Numbered from the stretch's first letter, positions 9,423-20,629 are shown. The stretch: DNA of 64,000 bases from an uncultured delta proteobacterium (GCA_963823335.1 CAWGLD010000005.1:320001-384000); one strand, 5' to 3'. Notes: a model not told the origin generated them from the sequence alone. A program made the numbers and translations.

Positions 9423-12122
9423 TTAGCCGGACGGTGTCAATATACTGCCAACTTTCTGTGACAGCTCATGAATGCTGAAGGGTTTCTGGATAAATCCCTT
9501 GCAGCCCAGGAACAGGAGGTTTTTGACCTGTTCATTAATGCTGTAACCGCTCGACAATAGGACCTTTACATGAGCATCGACTTGTTTTAATTGTTCAAAT
9601 GTCCGTGGCCCTCCCATGACGGGCATGACCATATCAAGAATGACCATGTCGAATCTACCAGGCCGGCTGGCATACGCAGAAATGGCTTCTCTGCCGGAGG
9701 AGGCTGTCGCTACCCGGTATCCCAGTTTTTCAAGCATTTTTTTTGCGGTTTCGACAATCATTTCTTCATCATCAACCAGCAGAATTCTTCCTTGACCGTG
9801 AAGGATATCCGGCGCCGATTCTTGTTGTTCCACGCTCTCTTTTTCAGATACCGGCAGATAAAATGTAAAAGTGGCTCCCTTGCCGGGCTCGCTGCGAACA
9901 TTGATAATGCCTTCGTGGTTTTGAATAATTCCATAAACAGAGGCCAGACCCAATCCAGTACCTCTTTCCATCTCTTTGGTCGTGAAAAACGGATCAAACA
10001 CCTTCTGTTGGGTAGCTTTGTCCATACCGATACCCGTGTCGGTAACAGCGATTTCAACATACTGACCGTGAGGGAGATTGTGAACCTTGGTCGCGGTCTG
10101 GTCTAAGAAACAGTTCTTTGTCTCAACAGATAGGTTTCCACCCTGCGGCATGGCTTGCCAGGCATTGATAAATAGATTGAGCAGTACCTGTTCGATCTGA
10201 CCCCGGTCGACAACAACTGTCCAGATGTTTTCCTGAAATTTCGTATGGATTTGTATGTCTTTCTTGGTTCTCCCGTAGATATCAACAGATTCGCGAATCA
10301 GTCTGTTAAGGTTGATGGGCAAGGCTTGAAACTTACCTTGCCTCGAGAGACCGAGCAACTGACGGGTAAGGCTGGCACCGCGTTTGACGAGCTGTTCAAT
10401 CTGTTTCAGGCGATCATAGTGCATATGATTTTCATCCAGGTCAAACAACATGAGAGAGGTATTGCCCAGAATACCGGTCATGAGGTTGTTGAAGTCATGT
10501 GCGATACCGCCGGAAAGTGTTCCCAGGGCCTCCATTTTCTGTGCCTGTATCAATTTATTTTCAAGCCTCTTGTTTTCCTCTTCCGCATGCCGTCTTTGGG
10601 TGACATCATGAGCAACACCGGTTACCTTCCAGGGATTTCCATGTGAGTCATAGGAAAATCGTGAATGGATCAACACCCAGAACTCACGCTGATTTTTGCC
10701 CTTGATACGATATTCCACCGGATCAGGATTGCTGTCGCCCGCAGCAGCTTTTTCAAGGAGCTTTCCCAGTATCATAAGACTATCTTCACTCAGCAGGTCT
10801 ATGACATCCAGTTTCATGAACTCTGCTTCCGAGTAACCGGTGTATTCGCACATGACATCATTGACGCTTAGAAAGTGTCTATTTTTCATGTCAAATTCGT
10901 AAATACCGGCCGGCGCATGGTGAAAAAGCTGGCGGTAATTGGCTTCACTCTCATGCAGTGCCTCTTCCATTTTTTTTCGTTCGGTAATGTCGATGATAAT
11001 ACCTCTTAACCCAGCGGGCTGGCCATCGCGGATGATGGCCGCTGAATGAAACAGGGCCGGAAACGAACTGCCGTCTTTTCTGAGTGCGCGGTATTCTTTT
11101 AACCCAACATGCTTGCCACTGAGAATTTTCATGATATTGTTCATGCCTCTTTCTCGATCCTCGGGCACGATCATTTCGAGTGCATTAAGGCCATGGATAA
11201 ATTCCTCCTCCGTGTATTGAAACTGGGTAAAGGCGGACTGGTTCACGAAGGTCAAGTTGCCCTGGGCATCTATCTCATAAATGATTTCCGGGAGCATTTC
11301 CGCCATGTCCCTGAAACGTTCCTCGCTTTCCTGCAGGGCCTTTTCGGCTATCTTTCGTTCGGTGATGTCTTCTCCGGAACTCAGGGTGCCGGTAATAGCG
11401 CCATCTTTGTCCACAATCTGTGTGTTGTGCCATGCAATGATACGTTCTTTTCCATCGGCTGACAGGATAGCATTTTCAACATATTCGAAAGGGGCGATAT
11501 TTCCTGCCATCATCTGCTTGAAAACGACCCGGGTTTCTTTTTTAAACCGCTCGGGAATACGGTGCTCAAACCAGTTCTTACCCATGATCTCTTCCTTGGT
11601 GAGACCCAGCACCTGGCAACCTTTTTTGTTCAAGAGCTTTACGGCGCCGGTTTTATCGAGTGCGACAAAAATTACACTGGAAATATCCAGATACAATCGG
11701 GCCTTGTCTCTTTCGGCTCGCAATGCTTCTTCCGCGTGTATTTTTTCCGTTACATCTCTTAGGGCACCAACAATGGCGACAACCCGGCCGGATGGGTCCT
11801 TGACAGGTGATTCATCGACTTCGAGCAGGGCATGAGATCCGTCTTTTTTCCTGATCTCCACAAGATAGGGCGGCTGCCGTTCACCGGTTTGGATGGCCAG
11901 GTCGGTTATTTTGAGCCCTTTTTGATTGAGGGGGTTGTCGGTGGCGAAATTTGTCCAGTTGATCATCATTTCTTCCGGGGTGTATCCCAGAATCTTAGTG
12001 GATGTAGGGCTCACATAGGAGAGGATTTGATTGGTATCATGGATATAGAACAGCTCGTTGCTGTGTTCGATGATGATTTGCATTCTTTCCAGCAGGTCAT
12101 GATAAGTTGGTTCTTTTTGCAT
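9423..12122 (-). CDS. Hybrid sensor histidine kinase (4 PAS/PAC, HisKA, HATPase, REC)
   Basis: Repeated DVTE/DITER PAC ends, GIAHDFNNL H-box, NAWQAM, DTGIGM, GTGLGL, and C-terminal receiver (LLVDDE..DMVMP..KPF). Confidence 0.95.
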   Translation of the reverse strand: MQKEPTYHDLLERMQIIIEHSNELFYIHDTNQILSYVSPTSTKILGYTPEEMMINWTNFATDNPLNQKGLKITDLAIQTGERQPPYLVEIRKKDGSHALLEVDESPVKDPSGRVVAIVGALRDVTEKIHAEEALRAERDKARLYLDISSVIFVALDKTGAVKLLNKKGCQVLGLTKEEIMGKNWFEHRIPERFKKETRVVFKQMMAGNIAPFEYVENAILSADGKERIIAWHNTQIVDKDGAITGTLSSGEDITERKIAEKALQESEERFRDMAEMLPEIIYEIDAQGNLTFVNQSAFTQFQYTEEEFIHGLNALEMIVPEDRERGMNNIMKILSGKHVGLKEYRALRKDGSSFPALFHSAAIIRDGQPAGLRGIIIDITERKKMEEALHESEANYRQLFHHAPAGIYEFDMKNRHFLSVNDVMCEYTGYSEAEFMKLDVIDLLSEDSLMILGKLLEKAAAGDSNPDPVEYRIKGKNQREFWVLIHSRFSYDSHGNPWKVTGVAHDVTQRRHAEEENKRLENKLIQAQKMEALGTLSGGIAHDFNNLMTGILGNTSLMLFDLDENHMHYDRLKQIEQLVKRGASLTRQLLGLSRQGKFQALPINLNRLIRESVDIYGRTKKDIQIHTKFQENIWTVVVDRGQIEQVLLNLFINAWQAMPQGGNLSVETKNCFLDQTATKVHNLPHGQYVEIAVTDTGIGMDKATQQKVFDPFFTTKEMERGTGLGLASVYGIIQNHEGIINVRSEPGKGATFTFYLPVSEKESVEQQESAPDILHGQGRILLVDDEEMIVETAKKMLEKLGYRVATASSGREAISAYASRPGRFDMVILDMVMPVMGGPRTFEQLKQVDAHVKVLLSSGYSINEQVKNLLFLGCKGFIQKPFSIHELSQKVGSILTPSG

Positions 12123-12161
12123 CAGTTCGGTCCTCTTAATATGAAAATTGAAATGTTCGGG

Positions 12162-13256
12162 TTACGCAGCACAGATACCATATCTGGGTAGGATATCGTG
12201 AATAATGCTGAAGCGATGTGCCAGCAGGGCATCGTGAAAGAGCTTCCAGTCACTGTCCAGGAAAGAGGGGTCGTATTCGAACAAATCAGGTTTTTTATCC
12301 CAGAGTTTTCGAGTTCCGAGGGCTATATATTTCCAGGAGCCGACACCTCTTGCTCTGTAGAACAGCTTGACGGGTGGAAATCCAAAGGTTCCCTTTTGAA
12401 TCTGTTTAACCCATGCCAGGTGACGTAGGGCCTTGTCTTCTTCGCGGTTGTTTTGAAACTGGGTCAGCAATTTGCTTCGGGTGTCGTGTGTCAAGCCCGG
12501 GGCGTCCATGTCAGCGTCACCTGATCTAAAGCGTTGCATGGCTTTGCACATGGCGTTTGCTGCCGATACAAATGCGGCAGGATTGTTGCGAACGACCATT
12601 TTCCCCCTATGGTCATGGTATGTCCACTTCAAAAATGGAAGGTCCGGGTAGCTCAAGGCCGCACCGTGCCCCAGCGGCATCACATCACCCACAAAAGAGC
12701 TGGCTGCCTTGTTAAAGGATGTGCCGAAGAACTGCTCAATTCGGGTGGTGAATGCAGTGCTCGATGCGCCTGCTTCGTCCAGGGCCCGTACATCGTTAAC
12801 ATGGCTATTGAAACCGGCGAACCCCTGGTGGGCCCACGAATCTGCCAGTACATGCAGTGTGATTCCCAACCGGTGAAGGCCGTAGGGTTTATTTCTGGTC
12901 TCGATACATGTGCGAACCATGTCATGGGCAATGTGGCTGCCGGGTCGGCAGATGATTTTGTCGATAAATTTTCCTGCAGGGTTTTCACCTGCCTTTTTAC
13001 CTCCGTTGCCGGGCAGGAAGTGAAAGGGAATCCACACATGATGATTGGCCAGTTTTTCAAAATTTCGGTAATCGAGCATTTTGTGAGCCGAGCTGATATG
13101 GGTATACATGGCTCCATTATGAAATCTAAGGGTGCCGTTGTTTATGGCATCGTCAACGTACTGAGCCGCGTAGGCGACCGTGTCGGCCTCACGATGTCCG
13201 AAACCGGCAGCTCTTGCCGTGACATAGGTTGCGGTATGGTGAAAGTCGATCTGCAT
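12162..13256 (-). CDS. DUF6765-like protein (possible Zn-dependent phospholipase C/nuclease fold)
   Basis: N-terminal MQIDFHH..ARAAGF..AQYVDD; FHFLP, LHVLADSWAHQGF and GHG...PD motifs. Confidence 0.65.
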   Translation of the reverse strand: MQIDFHHTATYVTARAAGFGHREADTVAYAAQYVDDAINNGTLRFHNGAMYTHISSAHKMLDYRNFEKLANHHVWIPFHFLPGNGGKKAGENPAGKFIDKIICRPGSHIAHDMVRTCIETRNKPYGLHRLGITLHVLADSWAHQGFAGFNSHVNDVRALDEAGASSTAFTTRIEQFFGTSFNKAASSFVGDVMPLGHGAALSYPDLPFLKWTYHDHRGKMVVRNNPAAFVSAANAMCKAMQRFRSGDADMDAPGLTHDTRSKLLTQFQNNREEDKALRHLAWVKQIQKGTFGFPPVKLFYRARGVGSWKYIALGTRKLWDKKPDLFEYDPSFLDSDWKLFHDALLAHRFSIIHDILPRYGICAA

Positions 13257-13312
13257 GTTTCGATTGAACCCCGCAGAATGGGAAGAAAGGTAACAAAACA
13301 GGCCATCAATGT

Positions 13313-13783
13313 TCAGGCGATCAGATAGGTCCCTGTTCCCACAGCGATTAGCCGATGCTGGTCATTATGAAGCTCCATCCGGGTTACGGCAACTTTATTG
13401 CCGATACGCATAATTGAGGCGCAGGATGAAAAAGAACTGCCCTTTCCGGGTCTCAGATAATCGACGCGCAGATCGAGGGTGCCGACCCGGGCGATGTTCT
13501 CTGCAATTTGTTCTTTTGGGTGATTCTTTTTTTTTTGAATCATTCCTGCCGTAGCCATCAAACCGCCAGCTACATCCAGAACGGACGATATCACACCACC
13601 GTGCAGGGAACCCTGGACATAATTGCCGATGAGGGAATCGGTCAGATCAAAGGCAACTTTAACCAGATCAGGCTTCAGATCGATGATGTGCAAACCGAGA
13701 ACCTGGTTGAAGGGAAGTCTGTTTTCATAGATGTCTCCAAGGAAATGCAGCAGTTCATCCAGTTTTTCGGGTTGGCCTGGCAT
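13313..13783 (-). CDS. Hot-dog fold thioesterase (YigI/PaaI-like)
   Basis: PFNQVLG, GN....LHGGVISSVLD, GTLDLRVDYLRPG. Confidence 0.9.
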   Translation of the reverse strand: MPGQPEKLDELLHFLGDIYENRLPFNQVLGLHIIDLKPDLVKVAFDLTDSLIGNYVQGSLHGGVISSVLDVAGGLMATAGMIQKKKNHPKEQIAENIARVGTLDLRVDYLRPGKGSSFSSCASIMRIGNKVAVTRMELHNDQHRLIAVGTGTYLIA

Positions 13784-13810
13784 GGAGGGCTCCTCGATAT
13801 CTACTGTGTT

Positions 13811-15274
13811 CTACTTGAACCAAAAATTCTGTTTTTGTGATGCTTTCGCGTTGAAGGCTTCATCCGCTATTATCTGTCCTGTCTCAGACCTGAGAGTGTA
13901 CCACGACTGACGAAGGGCCACAAGTGCCAAGGCTGACCGGGTCTGTGTTGAAGTTAGCTCCCGTTGTGACTCGTTGAGGCGCACCAGGGAAACCTGGCCG
14001 GCCTTGTATTCCTTTTCGACAAGATCACGGTTTTCCTGGACGAGTCGGGCATTGGACTGCTGGAGCCTCAGTTGGGTCTGGAAGGTAATAACGTTTTGAG
14101 CTGTGGCACGGATTTCCGCGGTGATGTTTGTCTTCAAAGATTCCATTCGCTTTCTGGTTTCCATTTCTTTTTGCACAGCTTCCCTATACTGGGCGCGGTA
14201 CAGTCCTCCGGAAAACAGATTAAATGTCATGTTGAGACCGATGGTGTTTCCGAAATCATCGCTCTCGAATCTGGTATCATCCTGCCTGTCTCCGCTGACG
14301 GATGCCGTGAGATTTATGGTGGGTGCGTATTTTGAGTTGGCCATCTTTTTCTCGAGGGACGCATTTTGAATCGCCAGGCGGCTCTGATGTATTTCCGGCC
14401 GATGTTCTAGTGCGTAGACGATCAGCTGCTCGGTATCTGGTATCTGCATTTCTTGTGGGGACGCTTTTTCAAGGGGTGCCAGTTTTACATGTACCGGCAA
14501 CGAGGCGTCTGCAAGACCCAGTAATGCTGCCAGGCTATGCAGGGTGGCCCTGAAAACGCCCTCTGCTTGAATTCGGTCGGAAATGGCGGCGTTGACTTGA
14601 ACCTCAAAACTGAGTTCATCGCTCAGGGAGCCGGTACCGATTTTGCGTCGGTTGATGGCCTCTTCCAGAAGACTTTTGAAAAAAGATTCATCGGCTATGG
14701 CAATATTGATATTTTCCCGTGCCAGCTCAGCTGTTAAAAAAGATGCCGCCACCGAGGACAACAACAACCGTCTGGCATCGTCCCATGCAGAAATCATTTG
14801 CTCTTTTACATTTTGGGTCTGGCGCAGTTTGTACAGCCGTTCAAATCCATCGAACAGCAGCCAGGTGGCCGTGAGACCGGCGCGGTAACGGTCCTGGGGA
14901 TCATCGATGGTGGCGCCGGGATCAAATATCCTGGCGGAATCGAGGTTCTCCTGGTAATCATTTTCGGGCATCCAGATCCTGGAAACAGAGGCGTTTGCAT
15001 CGAGCCGGGGCCAGTAGGTGGAGCGAGCCTGGGCAATCCGTTCCATGGCCTGATTGATGCGTATCTCGGTCGCCTGAACGGAAGGATTGTCGGCCACGGC
15101 AAACCGCTGGGCTGTTTTCAGATCAAGAAACTCGATTTTTTCCCAGTCAAGGGGAAGGCTCTGATCCTCCAATGTATAACTGCTTGCACCGACATGGTGA
15201 CCAAGACCCTGAAACAGAACCAAGGCCAGTATCAAGCAGCAAATCATTTTGCCTGTTTTGCTGTTGTGATTCAT
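13811..15274 (-). CDS. TolC-family outer-membrane efflux protein
   Basis: Two OEP repeats (YWPRLD / YAPTIN, LFDG / LFSG); follows the RND gene. Confidence 0.9.
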   Translation of the reverse strand: MNHNSKTGKMICCLILALVLFQGLGHHVGASSYTLEDQSLPLDWEKIEFLDLKTAQRFAVADNPSVQATEIRINQAMERIAQARSTYWPRLDANASVSRIWMPENDYQENLDSARIFDPGATIDDPQDRYRAGLTATWLLFDGFERLYKLRQTQNVKEQMISAWDDARRLLLSSVAASFLTAELARENINIAIADESFFKSLLEEAINRRKIGTGSLSDELSFEVQVNAAISDRIQAEGVFRATLHSLAALLGLADASLPVHVKLAPLEKASPQEMQIPDTEQLIVYALEHRPEIHQSRLAIQNASLEKKMANSKYAPTINLTASVSGDRQDDTRFESDDFGNTIGLNMTFNLFSGGLYRAQYREAVQKEMETRKRMESLKTNITAEIRATAQNVITFQTQLRLQQSNARLVQENRDLVEKEYKAGQVSLVRLNESQRELTSTQTRSALALVALRQSWYTLRSETGQIIADEAFNAKASQKQNFWFK

Positions 15275-15288
15275 AAGTTCTCCTATGT

Positions 15289-18200
15289 TTATGATTCTTT
15301 CAGAGGATCTACATGCCGGTTTCTGGCCGGTTCCACTGCTAGACGATCAGGCCAGATACCATGTCTGAATCTATAAATGAGCAACCTGAAATCACTCAGA
15401 ATCGTCAGCAAACTTGGAACCAGGACAAGTGTCAGGATCGTGGCAAACAAGACACCGGACGCCAGGGATAGTGCCATGGGGATGAGAAACCTGGCCTGAA
15501 GGTCGGTTTCCAGGATTAAAGGTGTCAAACCACCGATGGTGCTCAGCGAAGTGAGGGTAATTGCCCGAAACCGCCGTACGCCCCCCTTTAGGACGGCTTC
15601 AAAATACGGCATACCTTCCGCAAAATTTTCGTTGATGCGTTCGATGAGTACGATGGCATCGTTTACCACAACACCGGTAAGGGCCACCATTCCAAAGATG
15701 CTCATCATGGAAAGGTCATAACCAAATACCAGATGGCCTGCAACCGCACCGATGATGCCGAAGGGCACGGTAAACATGATTACAAAGGGTTGGATGTAAG
15801 ACTTGAACATGGTTGCAATGATAATGTAGATTCCTATCAGGGCCAGCGGGAAACCCACATAAAGGCTGCCGAAAGATTCCCGCATTTTTTTCTGCTCCCC
15901 CTGTATGGCGATACGTACTGCGGGATAACGATCTTGAAGTTCGGTGAAAAATCCGCTTGAAAGCTCCGAAAGGATTTCATTGGTATTGGCCTTGTTGGTA
16001 TCAACGCCAGCACTCACAGCGATGCGGCGCATGCCGTTGGTACGTCTGATGGTTGAAAAACCCGGTGAAAAAGAGATGTCGGCCACTGAAAAAAGTGGGA
16101 TTTCAAAACCGGTTCGTGTACGGATACGGATATTTTCAACATCAGCTAAGCGGATTCTTTCATCTGCCGTATAGCGAACCTTGACCCGAATGTTATCCCT
16201 TCCCCTTTGAAGACGAAGGGCCTCATCACCGTAGTAGCCGGCATACAGCTGTCGGGCCAGATCATCGACCGTCAAACCCAGGGTTCGTGCCTCAGGCTTG
16301 AGTTTTAGGCGCATCTCGTTTTTGCCCTTCGAAAAGTCGGATCGAATCTGATAAACGCCATCGAACTGTCGCAGTCTCTTCATAATATCCTGGGAAGCCG
16401 CCAAAATGACGTCCATATCATACCCCTGAACCCAGATTTCGATGGGCGCGCCGGGCGGGCCCATGGCCATACCCTCGAAGGTCAGTGATTTGACACCCGG
16501 TATGACACCGATTTCATTTTCCCACGCCACCATCAAGTCTTTTGTGTGCACGCCTCGTTTTTCGGATTCAAGCAGAATGACCTGAACGGCTCCGAGGTTC
16601 GACCCAGACCTGGGTATTTCACCGAGGGTTTGCCCTGCAAGGGCCAGCCTTGAACGGATCATGGGGTCGCCCGTGATCGTTTTGGTTTTTTCGGCCAGAC
16701 GCAATAGGGCAGCATCGATTTGTTTGACGGCTTGTCGAGTGGTCGCAGAGGGCGCTCCTTCTGAAAACTCCACCGTTGCAGTGATAATGAATCCATCGAT
16801 TTCGGGCATCATCAGAAATTTAATGAAACCGCTGTTCACGAGACCGATGGTGATAAAGAGGATGCTGATGGTCACACAGAGAGATACATAGCGCCAGTAC
16901 AATGCCTTGCTCAAAAACGGCATGTAAATCTTTTCGACAAACCATTCCATGCCTGAACGCGTGATCCGGTGAAAGGTTTCAAGTCGCCGTGTTAGGGGAT
17001 TCATCTGGCGTCCATTGGTATTCAAATCGGGCAGATCGCCCAGGTGTGCGGGTAAAAGAAACAGGCATTCCACCAGGGAGACAGCCAGGCAGGCAATAAC
17101 AACCACAGGCAGAATGGCAATAAATTTTCCCATGATCCCGCCTACAAAAGCCAGCGGGATGAAAGCTGCGATACTGGTGATAACGGCGGCAATCACCGGA
17201 AGACCTACTTCTATCACGCCATCCACGGCTGCTTTTATAGGTGGTTTCCCTTGTTTGCGGTGAACATAAATGGCTTCACCCACGACGATGGCATCATCGA
17301 CAACGATACCGAGCACCATAATGAGACCGAAAAGAGAGATAAGGTTGATGGTCCCGCCAACAGCCCACAAAACAGCCAGAGCGCCTGATATGGATACAGG
17401 AATTCCCAGTCCGGTCCAGAAGGACAGACGTGCATTTAAAAAAATCCATAACAGCAGAAAGACCACCATCAAACCGATCAGACCATTTTTTACCAGGAGA
17501 TTGATTCTGGCCCTTAATATTTCAGTGTTGTCGTAAAGTGTATCCAGATGAATGTTATCAGGGAGTTGCTGCTGCTTCAGATTGATGAACGTTTCCACAG
17601 AAGCTGAAATAGCAAGGGCATCTTCTTCTTTGGTCTTGTTGATGACAATGAGTACTGATGGTTCTCCATTGATAATGGCCTGGATGGGGTCTTCTGTAAA
17701 TCCATCCTTGATCGTGGCGATGCGATCGAGGGTGATGATGTTTCCGGACGGATCGGCCAAAACCACGATCTGGGCCAACTCCAGGCCGGTATATTTTCTG
17801 CCCATGGTTCGGATACGGATCTCTTCACCGGTGGTCCGGATGGTACCGCCGGCCAGGTTGAGATTGCTTTGACGAATGGCGTTTGAAACAGCTGAAAATG
17901 TGAGACCGTATTCACGAAGGCGTTCTTCGGAAACTTCCACTGAAATTTCATATTGTCTGGATCCGAAAATATCGATCTGGGACACACTGTCCAATTCCTG
18001 CAGCTCATCCTTTATTTTTTCGGCGTACTCCTTGATGCGGCGTTCTGACATGGCGCCAGAGAGATACAGCAGTACCACCGGATCTTTTACTATCAGTTCC
18101 GTGATAATCGGTTTCTCGGCATCCGCGGGAAAGGTTGAAATGGCATCGATGTCGGACCTGATGCGGTCAAGGACCTTGTCCACATCATAGTCCTCGCGGA

Positions 18201-18486
18201 TTTCGATGAGGGCTGTACCGGAGTTTTCGCTGGAATACGTCGTGTAAAGCTTGATACCCTCAATGCCTTCGATGGCCTCCTCCAGTTTTCGGGAGATGCC
18301 CTCTTCAATTTCTTCGGGGTCGGCACCTGGGAAGGGCACGGTTATGGTGACCATCTCGAGAGAAAATTCAGGGAAATTTTCCCGCACCATGGATTTGAGG
18401 GCAAAACCACCTGCAATAAAAATGAGCAGAAGGACAATGTTCGCGAAAACAATATTTTTTACAAATGCCGCCAGGACATGTTTCAT
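15289..18486 (-). CDS. RND efflux permease (AcrB/AcrD/AcrF family)
   Basis: 1065 aa; PGADPEEIE, GIVVDDAIVVGE, GVVVNDAIVL, RFRAITLTS. Confidence 0.95.
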   Translation of the reverse strand: MKHVLAAFVKNIVFANIVLLLIFIAGGFALKSMVRENFPEFSLEMVTITVPFPGADPEEIEEGISRKLEEAIEGIEGIKLYTTYSSENSGTALIEIREDYDVDKVLDRIRSDIDAISTFPADAEKPIITELIVKDPVVLLYLSGAMSERRIKEYAEKIKDELQELDSVSQIDIFGSRQYEISVEVSEERLREYGLTFSAVSNAIRQSNLNLAGGTIRTTGEEIRIRTMGRKYTGLELAQIVVLADPSGNIITLDRIATIKDGFTEDPIQAIINGEPSVLIVINKTKEEDALAISASVETFINLKQQQLPDNIHLDTLYDNTEILRARINLLVKNGLIGLMVVFLLLWIFLNARLSFWTGLGIPVSISGALAVLWAVGGTINLISLFGLIMVLGIVVDDAIVVGEAIYVHRKQGKPPIKAAVDGVIEVGLPVIAAVITSIAAFIPLAFVGGIMGKFIAILPVVVIACLAVSLVECLFLLPAHLGDLPDLNTNGRQMNPLTRRLETFHRITRSGMEWFVEKIYMPFLSKALYWRYVSLCVTISILFITIGLVNSGFIKFLMMPEIDGFIITATVEFSEGAPSATTRQAVKQIDAALLRLAEKTKTITGDPMIRSRLALAGQTLGEIPRSGSNLGAVQVILLESEKRGVHTKDLMVAWENEIGVIPGVKSLTFEGMAMGPPGAPIEIWVQGYDMDVILAASQDIMKRLRQFDGVYQIRSDFSKGKNEMRLKLKPEARTLGLTVDDLARQLYAGYYGDEALRLQRGRDNIRVKVRYTADERIRLADVENIRIRTRTGFEIPLFSVADISFSPGFSTIRRTNGMRRIAVSAGVDTNKANTNEILSELSSGFFTELQDRYPAVRIAIQGEQKKMRESFGSLYVGFPLALIGIYIIIATMFKSYIQPFVIMFTVPFGIIGAVAGHLVFGYDLSMMSIFGMVALTGVVVNDAIVLIERINENFAEGMPYFEAVLKGGVRRFRAITLTSLSTIGGLTPLILETDLQARFLIPMALSLASGVLFATILTLVLVPSLLTILSDFRLLIYRFRHGIWPDRLAVEPARNRHVDPLKES

Positions 18487-18662
18487 GTCGGTTTTCCTTA
18501 CAATAGCTGTAAGTGGTTAGCCTTAAGCGGTAGGCAGCTTATAGCTTATTGTTCTTGTACTTTTCCATCGAACTTTTGGAACTTCAATCACTAAATTCTC
18601 TGGACAGGGGAAACTGGAAATTATCTCAAAAAAAGGGTTTTGGTTCAAGTTCGAGATAATTT

Positions 18663-20012
18663 CTACTTTATGGTCACTGCCAGTAGCGAATTCTCCAGTG
18701 GATCGCTCAGCCTGGTGGTGACAACTGTCTGCCCGGGTGTCAACCCCTGGGAAACGAACACATCCTCTCCCTTGGTGTATACGATCGTCACAGGTACTGT
18801 TTCCAGACGACTCTCTTCAGTTGCCAGATAAACCGTATTCTCGAAGCTTACAGACCAGCGGGGTAAACGAACGACATTCTGTAATGTTTTCCCTGGAATA
18901 TCGACGATACAAAACATACCTTCCACCAGGGGAAATAGGCTCTGTTCTTCCTGTTGTGAGTCGCGGGTGTCCAGTTTTACGGCGACTGTCAGTGTTCGGG
19001 TTTGTGGATCGAAATGGATGACCCTGTCCATAATGCCTGACCAGAGATGGGTTTCAGGATTCTCTGTCCAGCGAAGCTTACAGGACACGGGAGTCGGTTT
19101 AGAAAACCAGGTGGTCTGATTTACTGAATCATTTTGGTCAAACAAGAGCCATTGCCGTGCGTCCCCGGCATCCAGGGAAATCTCAATCTCGCGAAGGGTG
19201 TCGTCCGCCAGGGTTACAAGGGGTTGCCCGGGTGTTACATACTGGCCGATTTCGACAGAGACGTTTTTTATCCGTCCCCTAAACGGCGCTGCCACTTGGC
19301 ACCGGAACAGATTGACTTCTGCAATGGCATATCTGGCTTTTGCAGCTTCTATAGCACTGTGAGCTTCCTGGATTTGAAACGGGTAAAGGGCCAGCGCCCG
19401 GGACATCTGGTCGGCCTGGTCCATGGCTGCGTTGTAGGACTGTTCCGCTCTGTCCACACCTGAGCGGGTGCCAACATTGCTGGTATCGTACAGTTGTTTT
19501 ACGCGTTTGAATTCCAGTTCGGCAAGATCTTGGGTACGCTCGACTGTTTTTTGACGTTCCCCATCGATGGTGAATTGTTTTTCAAGTCTCAAAACAGCAT
19601 TTTTAAACTGCTGCAGGGAAGCGTTTGCCTCCTGCAGCGTGGCGGCGTATATTCTGGAATCGATTTTAAACAGGGTTTCGCCCCGGGGGATGATTTCGCC
19701 GGTTTCAAGACGTGGATGGACATCCATTACACGACCGGAAATTTCCGGGGAGATGGAGACGGCGTTGCGTGTCTTTATTTCGCCATACCCGGTCAAGATG
19801 ACTCTGACGTCTTCCGTTTTGACAATGGTGCCTTCGACCTGCAAGACCTGCTCGGTGCGTTTGGCTTCCGCCGGTGGTTTTTTCAAGGCTGAAAGCTTGT
19901 TCATGACCAGCACTCCGAACAGCAGGACGATCAGGCAGATAATAATCCGAATGAGGATTTGTTTTGCCCGAACCGGTGTCTTTTTCGACGGGTGAGATTC
20001 CATTTTATTCAC
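18663..20012 (-). CDS. RND periplasmic adaptor (membrane fusion protein)
   Basis: N-terminal TM; PEISGRV lipoyl half, coiled-coil, APFRGRI, DPQTRT, GMF. Confidence 0.92.
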   Translation of the reverse strand: MNKMESHPSKKTPVRAKQILIRIIICLIVLLFGVLVMNKLSALKKPPAEAKRTEQVLQVEGTIVKTEDVRVILTGYGEIKTRNAVSISPEISGRVMDVHPRLETGEIIPRGETLFKIDSRIYAATLQEANASLQQFKNAVLRLEKQFTIDGERQKTVERTQDLAELEFKRVKQLYDTSNVGTRSGVDRAEQSYNAAMDQADQMSRALALYPFQIQEAHSAIEAAKARYAIAEVNLFRCQVAAPFRGRIKNVSVEIGQYVTPGQPLVTLADDTLREIEISLDAGDARQWLLFDQNDSVNQTTWFSKPTPVSCKLRWTENPETHLWSGIMDRVIHFDPQTRTLTVAVKLDTRDSQQEEQSLFPLVEGMFCIVDIPGKTLQNVVRLPRWSVSFENTVYLATEESRLETVPVTIVYTKGEDVFVSQGLTPGQTVVTTRLSDPLENSLLAVTIK

Positions 20013-20020
20013 TCCAATAT

Positions 20021-20090
20021 TTGAAGAACCTCGCAGAAAACTACGAGGAATGTTCTGCCGTTGGTAGAACCCGCGGGGTTAGCAGGCGCT
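20021..20090 (+). repeat. Dispersed REP/MITE-like element (TTGAAGAACCTCGCAG..CTACGAGGAAT family), copy 1
   Basis: Shares its terminal sequence with copies at 24590-24620(-), 38577-38707(-), 54876-54945(+) and 61262-61289(-). Confidence 0.75.
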
Positions 20091-20161
20091 GTGGCAGTTC
20101 AATTGGGGTCAAACCCCGTGTGCGTTTACTGCATTGCGATTCATCGTATGCAACTATCTGG

Positions 20162-20629
20162 CTATGACTCTTTTTCCAGTATTACCTTGACTTTTTCCAG
20201 AACATCGCACCACGTGGCTGTTGTCTCTTGACCCAGTTTCTCCACCAGATCCACAAAACGAAGAAGGATGGTTTCTTCAATCGCCTGGATGTTGGATTTA
20301 AATGACGGTGCGATTTGAACCATCACTTTTCGCCGATCCTCCTGACTGTGTTTTCTCACCAGAATGCCCTTTTCCACAAGCCGACTGACCATGGCCGATG
20401 AAGAGGGTGGAGACACACCCATTTGTTTTGAAAGTGCAGTCATGGAGATCTGTACGTGACCGTAGACGATCATGATGGTCTGAATCTGTGAAAGGGACAG
20501 GTTTTTGAGCACCTGTTTGCTTTTCCTGGATCCGAAATGGGGAATGTGCATCATGACGATTCGATCTCGGATAAGCTTTCCGGTTGTCATGATGTATCCG
20601 GCCAGCTGGCGTGCCTCATCGTGTTTCAT
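20162..20629 (-). CDS. MarR-family transcriptional regulator
   Basis: LSLSQ..MTALSKQMGVSPPSSSAMVSRLVEKG..DRRKV. ATG at 20629 preceded by GGGAG; heads the efflux operon. Confidence 0.92.
   Translation of the reverse strand: MKHDEARQLAGYIMTTGKLIRDRIVMMHIPHFGSRKSKQVLKNLSLSQIQTIMIVYGHVQISMTALSKQMGVSPPSSSAMVSRLVEKGILVRKHSQEDRRKVMVQIAPSFKSNIQAIEETILLRFVDLVEKLGQETTATWCDVLEKVKVILEKES

Noticed and set aside
12534..13328. 264-aa plus-strand ORF and the many other antisense ORFs in the track (e.g. 22312-22986, 28942-29658, 43035-43709, 52862-53656)
   Set aside because: Shadow frames opposite well-supported genes, with no motifs of their own.
13527..13536. T10 tract in the thioesterase gene and A9 at 8210-8218 in the kinase gene as phase-variation sites
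   Set aside because: Both ORFs are in frame, and a single sequence gives no evidence of length variation.
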